The notes below the pieces were generated by a model. It did not search any database, was not told where the DNA came from, and saw only the letters and a list, made by a program, of their open reading frames with translations. From Escherichia phage vB_EcoM_WFC, in the sequence record NC_048195.1: a stretch of DNA of 64,000 bases, one strand, 5' to 3'. Made by a program: the position numbers and the translations under genes. This document shows positions 38,866-48,910 of the stretch, one piece after another; the stretch's first letter is position 1; each line of letters starts with the position of its first letter.

Positions 38866-39828
38866 TTAAAAATACTCCATATCGGTAATATCACGGAAGC
38901 ATTTATACAAAGCAGAGCGCGGCACGTCGACGATGCCAAAGTTAAAGAATTTATACGTTAGGTATTTATCGCGATAGTTCTCGCGATTCTCCCAAAGCAT
39001 TTTACGCTCTGCCATAGGCATTGAACCAGCGGAGACGCGGAAAGGAATCATTTCACCTTTCTCATCCACATATTTTGGATTGACGACTACGAATGAGCCA
39101 AGGTATCCTTTCGCAACTAAACCTTCAGCCTCTTTTGAACGCTTGGTGCGACCCAATTCGTCAATGAATGCTTCGTTGTTATTCTCCATCATCTCAACGA
39201 AGTCTATGATCAACCCTTCTTCATCGGTCCACGGCTTGTCCTTCCACACATCACGTGACTTCGGCGTCGCGCGCCCATGCTTATATTTGCCCGTCCAAGA
39301 CTTGCCATACAAGCCTTCATATCCAAGCTGGTCTGCTTCGATTTGCATCGCCGCGTACTGTTCCATATTTTCGATGTTTCGATATTCGAGAGCGCGAAGG
39401 AATGGGCGTCGACCATGGTTGATGAGATGTTGATTAACTTCAGCAACTCTAGCTCGATAGTTTGCATAACGCTTTTCAAAAGGCAGATCAGGGTCGCTGA
39501 AGTCATCAAACACCCACCATGTAAAGTTAGTGATTGCATCAGTATTCATGCATGCAGTATAGGCCTGTTGCATGACGTTCTTATCATTTGGATTGCCGTC
39601 GATTAGCTCTCCATCAAGTCCGTGAATTAGTTCACCCAAAAAGAGGAACTCTTTTTTGATTTGAACGTTGCGCAACGGCATGCCGGAAGTGCCCATTGGC
39701 AAGTTGTCATACGCCATTGCACGTATGCCATCGACCTTGAATGACAGTCCGCAAGGCAGCGGCACGTCCTCGCCGCGCTCGATAATCTGCTTACGTTGGC
39801 AACCCTTCATTGGTTTTAATGCTGTCAT
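38866..39828 (-). CDS. ATP-dependent DNA ligase (phage-type)
   Basis: 320 aa; nucleotidyltransferase motif I KVDGIR. Confidence 0.6.
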   Translation of the reverse strand: MTALKPMKGCQRKQIIERGEDVPLPCGLSFKVDGIRAMAYDNLPMGTSGMPLRNVQIKKEFLFLGELIHGLDGELIDGNPNDKNVMQQAYTACMNTDAITNFTWWVFDDFSDPDLPFEKRYANYRARVAEVNQHLINHGRRPFLRALEYRNIENMEQYAAMQIEADQLGYEGLYGKSWTGKYKHGRATPKSRDVWKDKPWTDEEGLIIDFVEMMENNNEAFIDELGRTKRSKEAEGLVAKGYLGSFVVVNPKYVDEKGEMIPFRVSAGSMPMAERKMLWENRENYRDKYLTYKFFNFGIVDVPRSALYKCFRDITDMEYF

Positions 39829-39830
39829 AA

Positions 39831-40454
39831 TTATTGTCCTGTAACTTCTCTGATCACACGGTCTTCAAGTTCCAGCTTCTTTACCATTTTGCAGGAGTGC
39901 TCATAAGCGGGATCAGTAGATTTGATGAACGTTCCGTTGTACATGACACCTTTGCGGTCCTTGATGTCTTCGTAGGCCGCTTGCGCACAGTCGGATAAGC
40001 GAAGGCCATAATCATGAGCTACGCCGGAAAGGTAATCGACTGCGGCCATGATGGTGACGTCAATATCCATGGTCTGATTCTTAGCAATAGCATCACCAAG
40101 CCGTCCAAGGGTCTTTGCCAGGCGAAGGATGAATGAATGAGGGTGAGCGCCTTTATCAGCGCAACCGCCGCCATTAATGTTTTCGATTTCAGTACCGTTT
40201 TGCGCCGCCAGGATGGTCAACACAACAAGACAATCGCCAATGTCGTCCTTGATTGCAGCTTGCAAGTCACAGATGGCCTGCTCTGTATATCCAATTTCAG
40301 GGTCGAAGAACACAAGGTCATGGAGTTGATCAACGTGGTCGGTTAACTCCCCAAACTCGCTGATAAGCTTCGGGTATTGGTCCTTAAGGTCGCAACCTTG
40401 GATGATGTTACGGTCAGAAGCCCACTGGCGAATGTTTGCATAAATCTGTTTCAT
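39831..40454 (-). CDS. MazG-like nucleotide pyrophosphohydrolase
   Basis: 207 aa; two MazG-like helical repeats with EFGELTDHV and DIGDCLVVL signatures. Confidence 0.6.
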   Translation of the reverse strand: MKQIYANIRQWASDRNIIQGCDLKDQYPKLISEFGELTDHVDQLHDLVFFDPEIGYTEQAICDLQAAIKDDIGDCLVVLTILAAQNGTEIENINGGGCADKGAHPHSFILRLAKTLGRLGDAIAKNQTMDIDVTIMAAVDYLSGVAHDYGLRLSDCAQAAYEDIKDRKGVMYNGTFIKSTDPAYEHSCKMVKKLELEDRVIREVTGQ

Positions 40455-40970
40455 CTATTTTTCCTTTGATGCATTGAATTGATCGATTTTTATTTTAGCC
40501 TGATTATAAGTATCAATCAAGCTATTAACTTTCTCTTTTAATCGATTTGTTTCTGCGGCGAACTGAACAAGAAATCTGACATCCTCTTCTGATAGTCCAC
40601 AGTTTCCTTCTGGGATAGAGAGGCGTCCAGTGGTCGCAGAGTCGGGCACACTCCTGAGTAACTCACGGGAGCAGCTGAGTTGCTCGCGCAACTTGACATT
40701 CCCAGACTTGTAACGAGCAATAGTGTCATCAGCAACCAGTTGCGCTTCCTGGCGACCCTTCTCATATGCCGATGCCGATTCAACCTGTAAAGTTGCAATT
40801 TGCTCTTCGAGTGCATTTATCTTGTCCTTACGCTCATTAAGCGATGTCAGATATTGATTATCCTTGGCCAGTGATGCGTTGGTTTGCTGCAGGTCTTCAA
40901 CGTATGATCCAGCGGCAAACGCGCCAACAAGGGCCAGAATCTTCAGGAGCGGTACAATTCTTTCTATCAT
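40455..40970 (-). CDS. i-spanin (Rz-like)
   Basis: 171 aa; N-terminal TM then coiled coil; embedded +1 frame lipoprotein ORF. Confidence 0.55.
   Translation of the reverse strand: MIERIVPLLKILALVGAFAAGSYVEDLQQTNASLAKDNQYLTSLNERKDKINALEEQIATLQVESASAYEKGRQEAQLVADDTIARYKSGNVKLREQLSCSRELLRSVPDSATTGRLSIPEGNCGLSEEDVRFLVQFAAETNRLKEKVNSLIDTYNQAKIKIDQFNASKEK
40538..40765 (-). CDS. o-spanin (Rz1-like) embedded in Rz frame
   Basis: Embedded ORF with signal-like MRRVARKRNWLLMTLLLVTSLGMSSC and near-lipobox Cys; start uncertain (40765 or 40729). Confidence 0.4.
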   Translation of the reverse strand: MRRVARKRNWLLMTLLLVTSLGMSSCASNSAAPVSYSGVCPTLRPLDASLSQKETVDYQKRMSDFLFSSPQKQID

Positions 40971-41027
40971 GATGCACCAGATAAATAAAAGGCCGCCAAA
41001 CGGCAGCCTTGTTGATTTGATTGTCGA

Positions 41028-41888
41028 TTAAAACTCTTCTGCGTCGGTCGGAGTTTCATTGACAGGACCAGCGGCACCGCTTGCTTCTTCCTGCTTGCTG
41101 CGGTCGATGTTAACGTTACCGCCAACTACGTCGTTGTGGAATGCCTTGGCGACTTCGTACAGGCCTTTGTCCTGCACCAGACCTTCCAGCTCAAACTTCA
41201 GAACAGACCAGGTGTTGCCGTCTTTGGACTGGGATGCAGTACCCATGCGAACGATGTTCATAAAGGTCGGCGGCGTTTTCAGACCCTGCGGAGTCTGAAC
41301 TTTCTTCTGCTGCAGAGCGGTCATCAGCATGCGAGACGGCTTGATCATGGAAGAAGTCAGAGACAGCATTGCGCTACCAAATTCACCAGTTTCTTCGTTC
41401 AACAGAATTACGAAGTGGTTGCGTGTATCTGCGTAGTAAGGAGATTTCTTCTCGTGCACCTTGCCGTTTTCGTCCGGCACGAATACCTTACCGTTGATCT
41501 CAACAGCGCGGCCTGCCGCGACTTCTGCATCAACGTGCTCTTTGGTGAATTCACCTTTAAAGCCTTTATCGTCGGACTCGCGACCGCCCCAAAGAATGAA
41601 GGTGCGTTTGAATGCGCAAGGGATGATTTGCACGCCTTTCTTGCCGTCATACAACTCACCAGTAACGGTGTTGTAAAGCATGCCAGCTTTTGCGCCAGGA
41701 ACGTGTTTTGGATCATCTTCGTCGACCATAGGAGACATCTTCTGCAGTACGACGATAAAAGGAATGGCATACGCATCGGCATCGGCACCTTCAAAACCAG
41801 CGCCAAAATCGGTCATGTCGACAAAATCAGCCATAGCGGACATCTGGGTGTTTTTCACTGCAACTTCGGTGGTTTCTTTCTTAGACAT
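41028..41888 (-). CDS. Hypothetical replication/recombination-associated protein
   Basis: 286 aa; function not recognisable (ssDNA-binding/annealing role is a guess). Confidence 0.35.
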   Translation of the reverse strand: MSKKETTEVAVKNTQMSAMADFVDMTDFGAGFEGADADAYAIPFIVVLQKMSPMVDEDDPKHVPGAKAGMLYNTVTGELYDGKKGVQIIPCAFKRTFILWGGRESDDKGFKGEFTKEHVDAEVAAGRAVEINGKVFVPDENGKVHEKKSPYYADTRNHFVILLNEETGEFGSAMLSLTSSMIKPSRMLMTALQQKKVQTPQGLKTPPTFMNIVRMGTASQSKDGNTWSVLKFELEGLVQDKGLYEVAKAFHNDVVGGNVNIDRSKQEEASGAAGPVNETPTDAEEF

Positions 41889-41947
41889 TTGATATTTTCC
41901 TATAGTATCAAGTTTCGTGGCAACCTGATTTCAAGATAAAGGTTAAA

Positions 41948-42505
41948 TTACTTTTTGCTTTTAGGCAAGGTTATTTTAGCTTCTTTGTATTCAAAAACGC
42001 TAATATCTTCACTAACTGGATTGCCCGCTTCCAGCTGTTCTTTTACAAACGACTTCAGTGTAGCAGAATGAACGCCTTGTTTCAACGTGGCTTCAACACC
42101 ATCTTCACGCAGCGCAGCAACAATCTCTTGCGCCTGTTCGATTTCTTCGCGACCGAACTCAGCCGTGACGCTGGACTTGATCAAGCCGCCGTAACCGTTG
42201 TTGACAAGCCAATCGAAAACTTTTAATTCGTTTTCTTTCTTGATTGAAGCGTTCACCCTGGACTCGACCTTGATTTTGGTCTTGTCCTCAAGCTTGATTT
42301 CGGACACGCCAAGCTCATCCATAACGCCAGGAAGCAGAACAGTTTTGATTTCACTGATGCGCTGCTTTTGCATATCAGCTTCATCTTCAAGCTCTGTCAA
42401 AGCTTCTTGTCGTTCTGCCAGTTCAGACACTAAGCGCGCAAGGCGCTCTTGAATGCTCTCAGGAGCAACCTGCGGCAAATCATCTTCCCAATTAATATTG
42501 CTCAT
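41948..42505 (-). CDS. Hypothetical acidic coiled-coil protein
   Basis: 185 aa ORF. Confidence 0.45.
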   Translation of the reverse strand: MSNINWEDDLPQVAPESIQERLARLVSELAERQEALTELEDEADMQKQRISEIKTVLLPGVMDELGVSEIKLEDKTKIKVESRVNASIKKENELKVFDWLVNNGYGGLIKSSVTAEFGREEIEQAQEIVAALREDGVEATLKQGVHSATLKSFVKEQLEAGNPVSEDISVFEYKEAKITLPKSKK

Positions 42506-42765
42506 ATTTTACCTTCTTGCATTAGCCCTTCAACACGGGTCATTTGATAACGTTCAGGTTTCCAAGCCGCCAAAGCCTTCTCAGCGCCTTTCAAGGTTTT
42601 ATATGCCTTGATGCCAGGCATAATAACGGTATTCACCCCAGCACCGTTGCCATAATCAAACTCTTTAACAACGCGGAACATCCCGTCAATTTCTTTGACC
42701 AAAAGACGTTTGAAAGCGATTGCGCCAGTAGCTTCATTTTTGTAACGTTCAAGGATGCGTACCAT
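42502..42765 (-). CDS. Hypothetical protein (87 aa)
   Basis: ORF with 4-nt overlap to downstream gene. Confidence 0.45.
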   Translation of the reverse strand: MVRILERYKNEATGAIAFKRLLVKEIDGMFRVVKEFDYGNGAGVNTVIMPGIKAYKTLKGAEKALAAWKPERYQMTRVEGLMQEGKI

Positions 42766-42839
42766 TTTGTGTTCCTCTGTTTCGTTTCGATGAAGTAATT
42801 ATGACTCATCTTCCATGACAAGTCAAATTATTTTTGATA

Positions 42840-44363
42840 TTAATTCATCTTTTTGCCGTCGAGGATGTGATCAGCAAGCATAGATTTCATGCTCAGTGAA
42901 CGCTGAATTTCTTCGTCGATGGTATCAACGCCAATAAAATCAACATACAACACGCTTGATTTGGTGCCGATGCGGTGATTTCGGTCTTCGGATTGCTTGC
43001 GCAACTCGTTGTCATAGTTGCAAGAATAATAGATTGCCAAGTCGGCGGCTGTAAGCGTGATTCCGATGCCTGCCGCTGCAGCGTGGCAAACCAAGACTTG
43101 TGTTCCACCGTTCTCGACTGTGTTTTTCTGGAAGTCATCAATCAAGAACTCTCGCTGCTCTTTTGACGTTTCACCGTTGTATACACCAGTGACCACGCCT
43201 TCAGACTCAAGCCAATCCTTAATCTGGTTCATCTCTTCCTTGAAGATGGCCCAAACAATGAATTTGCGCCCTGGGTCGTCTTCCAGCACCCCTTCCACAT
43301 AATCCTTAAAGGCCGTGAATCGTGGGTTGTCTTCCATGTAGACCATCTCATCATACACCTTAACAAAGCCTGATGTCACCTGCTTCATCTTAGTGCGAGA
43401 TGCGATCATCTCAAACTTAACGTTTTCTTCTTCGCCTTTGTACTCCATCAGATAGTTGTACTCATTCTTGAGTTCATCGTAGACATCGCGCTGCTTAGGC
43501 GACAACTCGAAGTCGATAAACTTGTACACCTTCTCTGGAAGGTCCGGCAAGTATTCCGCTTTTGTCGCGCGGAAATAGTGCGGCTCCATCAGCCGGATAA
43601 GCTTGTCAAGGTTTTTGTACATCGGTCGACCAAACTGGTCTTTGCGCGGCACTTGCGGAATGCCATAACCGTTGCCGCCGATTTTCTTGAGAATGGCCTG
43701 CATCTCTGGGTCGTGCGCTTCAAGTAGCACTGTGAATTCAGAGTTGAATGCACGGAACGATTTGGTGCCGAGCAATCCTGCTTCAAGGAAGTGGTATTGC
43801 ATGTAAATATCCGCAGGGGAGCGCGGCAACGGCGTGCCAGAAAGGATTCGACGGGCCTTGGCCAGCCGTCCCAATTCCACAACCTTGATGGAGCGTTTGG
43901 CTGTGTTATTCTTGATGCGCGTTGATTCGTCGATGATCATCAGGCAGCGGTACTTCTTCAAGACCGACTCGATGTGTTGATAACCTACTGGTGTGTTGAC
44001 GGTATCGATGTTGAATGAGAAGATGCGCGCAGGCACTTCACCTTCAGGGTAGTGATCAGCAAACATCTTCTCCCAAAGCGCCTTGCCCTTTTTAGTTTTC
44101 ATCTTATCGTTGCCGCGCCAGTAGTGCCCAATCCACTTGATGGAAAGGTGCTCTGGTGCTTCACGACGAATCCAGTTTGAGTGGACCCCGTTTGGAGCGA
44201 TAACGACCATGGCGTCGAACGCGCCAGCGGTGAAGTGCTTTTCAAACTCTGCCAAAGCGGTCCAAGTTTTACCAAGACCCTGTTCCATGAAATAGGCAAA
44301 GTATTTTCTGCGGCCTGCTTTATCAAGCGCCAGAAGCTGGTGGCGCATCCCTTGTGTTTTCAT
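42840..44363 (-). CDS. SNF2-family (DEAD/DEAH-like) helicase
   Basis: 507 aa; Walker A GLGKT, DEST box, C-terminal QSEDRNHRIG motif VI. Confidence 0.75.
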   Translation of the reverse strand: MKTQGMRHQLLALDKAGRRKYFAYFMEQGLGKTWTALAEFEKHFTAGAFDAMVVIAPNGVHSNWIRREAPEHLSIKWIGHYWRGNDKMKTKKGKALWEKMFADHYPEGEVPARIFSFNIDTVNTPVGYQHIESVLKKYRCLMIIDESTRIKNNTAKRSIKVVELGRLAKARRILSGTPLPRSPADIYMQYHFLEAGLLGTKSFRAFNSEFTVLLEAHDPEMQAILKKIGGNGYGIPQVPRKDQFGRPMYKNLDKLIRLMEPHYFRATKAEYLPDLPEKVYKFIDFELSPKQRDVYDELKNEYNYLMEYKGEEENVKFEMIASRTKMKQVTSGFVKVYDEMVYMEDNPRFTAFKDYVEGVLEDDPGRKFIVWAIFKEEMNQIKDWLESEGVVTGVYNGETSKEQREFLIDDFQKNTVENGGTQVLVCHAAAAGIGITLTAADLAIYYSCNYDNELRKQSEDRNHRIGTKSSVLYVDFIGVDTIDEEIQRSLSMKSMLADHILDGKKMN

Positions 44364-44782
44364 GACAATTCCTCTAAATACTTGATGATGTGGTGAATAG
44401 TTCCCTTCACGATTATCTCACGTTGAACGTCTGCAATATTATAACGCTTTAATTCAATCGAAGGGTGGACTAAATAAAACATCTTCTCAGAATCGACTTT
44501 AAGCAAAACAAATGATGGGTATTTCCAATCATTCCACGAAGAAAGAAAGCTGCACTGGCCTTTCTCAAATGCATTTCTGAAAGGTGCAGTGGTGGCCCTT
44601 GCAGGCCACGATTCAAAGAACTTCATTTCAAGCCAAAAGCCGCGACCTTTCCGGTTGGTGCCGATTACGTCCGGCACACCATCACCCGTCATGGATTCGA
44701 TTCTTTGAAGCTTCAATACTGATTCTGAATGCTTCTTCAGAGGCACAAAAATGTATTTTTGTTCACGGTTGTTTGTTGCCAT
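44360..44782 (-). CDS. PD-(D/E)xK nuclease (VRR-NUC/resolvase-like, putative)
   Basis: Start refined to ATG 44782 (AGGTG RBS); DGVPDVIG...FWLEMK motif pattern. Confidence 0.45.
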   Translation of the reverse strand: MATNNREQKYIFVPLKKHSESVLKLQRIESMTGDGVPDVIGTNRKGRGFWLEMKFFESWPARATTAPFRNAFEKGQCSFLSSWNDWKYPSFVLLKVDSEKMFYLVHPSIELKRYNIADVQREIIVKGTIHHIIKYLEELS

Positions 44783-47666
44783 CTGGATACACCTGTTTGA
44801 TAACGTCGACGATGAACATATCAATGCCTTCAAGCTTGCGGCCTTTCATCAGGAAGAATGCACCGTTCCCGACGTTCTCTGCGATGTACTTCCCGTATTT
44901 CTGGAACTTCTCTGGGCGAATCCTGAAGCGCATTGGCGAGTCGGTTGAGTCATCCTTGCACATAAGGTCGATGAACTGAGTCTCAAGCTTGTTTCCATAC
45001 TGGTCAAACTCTGCGTAGCGACCATCAGCTTGAAGACCCTTTTTAAGTTTGCCGTGCTTTGTGTAAATGCCGCGCTCAAGACGTTTACGGATGCGTGTTG
45101 CTTCGTTCTCGTCTGCCAGCACTTTCTTGGTCAGTTTGCCGATTACTATTGCACGCTCATCATCGCCTACTTCCTTCATCTGGCGTATTGAAGCGCCGGA
45201 AGTGACGCCAATAAGATATGGGTCATTATATGCCCAGCCGAACTTGGTGTGCATCTCTGTAAGGTCGCCGTATTTGACTTCAGCATTGGCCAATGCATCC
45301 TTCTGCTTTTGCGTTAAGGTTCCGGCTTCACGTGCTTCGATGTACTTCATCGCCTTCACCATTCCGTACCCTTTAGCGTTCATGATGCCGCCGATTAGCT
45401 TTCCGTTAGCGATGGTCCAGTTCATTGAAGAGTGATCAGGGTCGATTGGCACATAATCCACGCCTTCCTTCGCAAGTTCACGTAATATCGCAATCGTCTG
45501 GTCTTCGTCCTTAGCAGCGCGTAAGCAAGCAGCGGCAAATTCCAACGGGTAGTGTCGTTTAAGCCACAAGGTCCAGTAGGTCACGACCGCGTATGACACG
45601 GAGTGTGACTTGTTAAAGCCCCATGACCCGAACGTCGCCATCGCCTGCCAAAGCTTTCTTGCATCCGCTTCCGGTACGCCATTATTTATTGCGCCTGCAA
45701 CGAAGTCTTCGCCAAGCTTGTTAAAGTATTCCTCACCCTTACGGCCTGACATCGCCTTACGTACAGCGGATGTTTTCGCCCAGTCAAATGAACCAATCTC
45801 TTTAACCACGGCCATGATTTGCTCTTGGTAAAGAAACACGCCGTAAGTCTCTTTTAAGTACGGCTCAAGCTGCGGCACATCATACTCAATCGGTGCACGC
45901 CCTGCCGCGCGTTCGATGTATTTCTGGGCCATACCGGATGACAACGGGCCAGGTCGACCAAGTGCTGTCAGGTTATCGATTTTGTTAAAGTTATCAACGT
46001 GCACAAAGTTGGTTACTGAGCGTACAGCGTCACCTTCAAACTGGAAGATGCCTGACATTTTGTTTTCGTTAAGGATGTCAAGGACGCTTTGATCATCAAG
46101 CTTGATTCCGTACAGCGTTTCAGCATCTATCACGCCAGTATCAGAAATGATGCCGAGGGTACGAAGGCCCAACGCATCAAGCTTCAAAAGGTTAAGGTAT
46201 TCGCTGTCAGGCTTATCAATTTGCGCAATCCCTTCTGCAGTTACAGTACAGTAATCAGAGATTGGGTCATTACACACAATGATTCCCGCTGCGTGAACAC
46301 CTGTGTGAGACGGGTGAATCTCAAGGTCACCCATGCAACGCGCGGCGTCAGGATATTTCGCCACGAACTCTTGACCCGTGGTCGTTGTTGCAAAGGTATC
46401 CTCCAGGCCGTGACCATAACGGGCGTCACCGGATGAGTATTCAAGCAGTGCGTTTTTAATGTTGGCCGTTTCGTGGTATCCAATGTTGAACTTCTTACCA
46501 ACCTGCGCCATTACTGAGTTGGCCTTAAGCGTGTTGATGTTGCCAAGCTTTGCAACGTTCATTTCGCCGTATTTCTCTTTAAGATAATCAAACACCATAT
46601 AGCGTTTGGTATCTTCAAAGTCGATGTCGATGTCAGGAAGGTCGGCGCGGCTTACGTCGATGAATCGGGCAAACAGCAGCTTATACGGTATTGGGTCCAC
46701 TTCCGTGATGCCGAGGCAATAGCAAACAAGTGAACCAGCCGATGAGCCGCGTGCAGGACCGACAAGCATTTTTGTTTTTGCGAATCGTACAAGGTCGGCT
46801 ACTACCAGAAAGTATGAGTCGAAATCTTTCAGCTGAATCTGGTGAATTTCTTCGTTGAAGCGGTCCTCATATTCCTGAGTCCATTCTTTGATGTGACCTG
46901 CTTTTAGACGGTACTCCATCCCCTCGCGAGCAAGCTTTACCATGTCACCAGCAAGGTGAATAATCGGTGCCTTACGCAATTTCAAGTCAAGTCCGACTAT
47001 GCCGTTTGCTATGTCAACAGCATTGGCCGTTGCCTGATTGAGCTCATCTTCAGTCAAGATGCCTTTAAGCTGTTTGCGCAAGTCTTCCACGTCAACGATG
47101 CAATGCGGCTTCACAGTGTCGCGAACTTCCCAAGCATAAGCGAAGTCAACGTGCTCAGGAGAAGGCATGTGATTGTATCCGGTTAAAACCAGCGGCCTTC
47201 CACCGCTACGATGAGCCAATGCCTGGCGCTTTGCCAAAAGGAACGATGATGGGTTGACGTCTATATAGTCGTAGTCCTCTGGCCGCAGCAGCTCCACGGC
47301 ACCGCCACAGAATTTAACGACGCCATCGAGCGCCCCGAACTCTGCACGGGTAAGTCCACCGCGCTGCGTTGCAAGTGTTGTAGCGTTGTAAAAAGATTTT
47401 AAGTCAAGGGCCAATATCCAAGCCTTCGGTTTGAATCCCTTTTTCGGGTCCGCATCAGGGTCGATGATTGGAATCTCCATCCCAAACATAGGCTTAATAT
47501 CATTTTTCTGGCATTCCTTTTCCCAGCGAACGTGACCCCATGTATTGTTATCAACTAATGCCGCGACTTCGCAGCCCAACTCTTTGAGCCGTGCTATAAT
47601 TTCAGGATGCCGTCCATAAACTTCTTTGAACGTGTAACCGCTGCGAACTCTCAATTGTGGAAACAT
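44763..47666 (-). CDS. dnaE: DNA polymerase III alpha subunit-like replicative polymerase (PHP + Pol IIIa)
   Basis: 967 aa; conserved Pol III alpha core segments incl. GPARGSSAGSLVCYCLGITEVDP and PDIDIDFE. Confidence 0.85.
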   Translation of the reverse strand: MFPQLRVRSGYTFKEVYGRHPEIIARLKELGCEVAALVDNNTWGHVRWEKECQKNDIKPMFGMEIPIIDPDADPKKGFKPKAWILALDLKSFYNATTLATQRGGLTRAEFGALDGVVKFCGGAVELLRPEDYDYIDVNPSSFLLAKRQALAHRSGGRPLVLTGYNHMPSPEHVDFAYAWEVRDTVKPHCIVDVEDLRKQLKGILTEDELNQATANAVDIANGIVGLDLKLRKAPIIHLAGDMVKLAREGMEYRLKAGHIKEWTQEYEDRFNEEIHQIQLKDFDSYFLVVADLVRFAKTKMLVGPARGSSAGSLVCYCLGITEVDPIPYKLLFARFIDVSRADLPDIDIDFEDTKRYMVFDYLKEKYGEMNVAKLGNINTLKANSVMAQVGKKFNIGYHETANIKNALLEYSSGDARYGHGLEDTFATTTTGQEFVAKYPDAARCMGDLEIHPSHTGVHAAGIIVCNDPISDYCTVTAEGIAQIDKPDSEYLNLLKLDALGLRTLGIISDTGVIDAETLYGIKLDDQSVLDILNENKMSGIFQFEGDAVRSVTNFVHVDNFNKIDNLTALGRPGPLSSGMAQKYIERAAGRAPIEYDVPQLEPYLKETYGVFLYQEQIMAVVKEIGSFDWAKTSAVRKAMSGRKGEEYFNKLGEDFVAGAINNGVPEADARKLWQAMATFGSWGFNKSHSVSYAVVTYWTLWLKRHYPLEFAAACLRAAKDEDQTIAILRELAKEGVDYVPIDPDHSSMNWTIANGKLIGGIMNAKGYGMVKAMKYIEAREAGTLTQKQKDALANAEVKYGDLTEMHTKFGWAYNDPYLIGVTSGASIRQMKEVGDDERAIVIGKLTKKVLADENEATRIRKRLERGIYTKHGKLKKGLQADGRYAEFDQYGNKLETQFIDLMCKDDSTDSPMRFRIRPEKFQKYGKYIAENVGNGAFFLMKGRKLEGIDMFIVDVIKQVYPDGNKQP

Positions 47667-48208
47667 TATTTACTCCAGATGTCATATACGCCAATTTGTT
47701 GGCAGACTTTGTGCAGTAATATTACGTCGTCTAATGCACGGTGCTTCTGTTCATATTTTCCGAAATATAATTCATACAGCTCTTGAAGCTTAACTCTTCG
47801 GCCAAAAATAGGCAAGGTTTGCTCAACTGTACATATGTTTATTTCTGGAAAATTAACATCATCAAGCGTAAGTCCTTCGCGCTGTAGTGCATAATCAAGA
47901 ATGTTTTTATCGAACGCATGGTTGTGCGCGATAGTTGCATCAGTCTTCTTGAAGATTTCTTTTAGCTGCGGGACGAAATTGATGAACGGTGGATTGCACT
48001 CAAGATCTTCATTTGTTAATCCGGTAATCTTTGTGATAATTTCTTCAATCACGATTTCAGGATTAATTATGAATTCAAACGTTTCAAGAATCTCTTTGCC
48101 GTCTGTCAGCAAGCCTGCAAATTCAATAGGGCGCGGCTGCATCCCAAGCGGCGCTTTCGGGTGCACGGTCAATCCGGTTGTTTCGAAGTCATAAGGGAGA
48201 AATAACAC
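47666..48208 (-). CDS. DnaQ-like 3'-5' exonuclease (proofreading subunit)
   Basis: 180 aa; Exo I DFETTG, Exo II HNHAFD, Exo III H-x4-D. Confidence 0.8.
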   Translation of the reverse strand: MLFLPYDFETTGLTVHPKAPLGMQPRPIEFAGLLTDGKEILETFEFIINPEIVIEEIITKITGLTNEDLECNPPFINFVPQLKEIFKKTDATIAHNHAFDKNILDYALQREGLTLDDVNFPEINICTVEQTLPIFGRRVKLQELYELYFGKYEQKHRALDDVILLHKVCQQIGVYDIWSK

Positions 48209-48219
48209 ATTAGCCTCCT

Positions 48220-48246
48220 ACAAAAAGGCCGCCCATTAGGACGGCC
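48220..48246 (-). terminator. Rho-independent terminator (minus strand)
   Basis: GGCCG/CGGCC hairpin followed on minus strand by TTTTTG. Confidence 0.5.
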
Positions 48247-48262
48247 ACAGATTCACGATTCG

Positions 48263-48814
48263 TTATACAGTGTACGGAGTACCGTCTTGATTCAAGCGCA
48301 CGATAAACTTCAAATCAACGCCGATGATTTCACGCGTATCAAAGATCACATAGTTGTAACGACGTTGACCAGCAATGTTTGGGTTGGTGTGAGAGTCGGT
48401 CACAACTTCCTGCGCAACCTGAATGCCTTCTTCTTTAAAGAACTTGCGCCATTCAGCAAGTTCAGCGGCAGTCACGTGCATACCAAGATGGCTAACCTGA
48501 TTGTCGTGCGCATCGATGTATTCGATGTTTTCGTGAATCCAGTTGCAACCTTTTGTATAGTCAAGAATTTCAAGCTCAAGAGGCTTACCAGCGCCGCCAT
48601 CGGTGCCGTTGCCAGCCTGATAGTTGAAGCGCAAGTCAGCTTCGTTGGTGCAATCGCCGCGCTGACCCTTAAAGACATCAGCTTCAAATACGCGACCAGT
48701 AGCAACAACGTGATCATGGAACCATTCTGTCAGGCCGATTTTAGCCAGGAAATTCTGTGCGCGCTGAGCACCTGGAATTGACAGGGCGATTTGTTCAATT
48801 TTAAAATGTGGCAT
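48263..48814 (-). CDS. Hypothetical enzyme-like protein (possible VOC/glyoxalase fold)
   Basis: 183 aa; fold assignment weak. Confidence 0.4.
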   Translation of the reverse strand: MPHFKIEQIALSIPGAQRAQNFLAKIGLTEWFHDHVVATGRVFEADVFKGQRGDCTNEADLRFNYQAGNGTDGGAGKPLELEILDYTKGCNWIHENIEYIDAHDNQVSHLGMHVTAAELAEWRKFFKEEGIQVAQEVVTDSHTNPNIAGQRRYNYVIFDTREIIGVDLKFIVRLNQDGTPYTV

Positions 48815-48910
48815 TTTGTTTCCTTAATTAAATATTATTGATTAATTACTGTGTTGTCTTCGTCCTGTTTCTTTTCAGGAGCGGGTGTGACAACTTCAAA
48901 TGTTCGTGAT

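Noticed and set aside
41136-41939. 267-aa plus-strand ORF
   Set aside because: Antisense to the 41028-41888 gene inside a consistently minus-strand operon; Cys/Arg/His-rich shadow composition.
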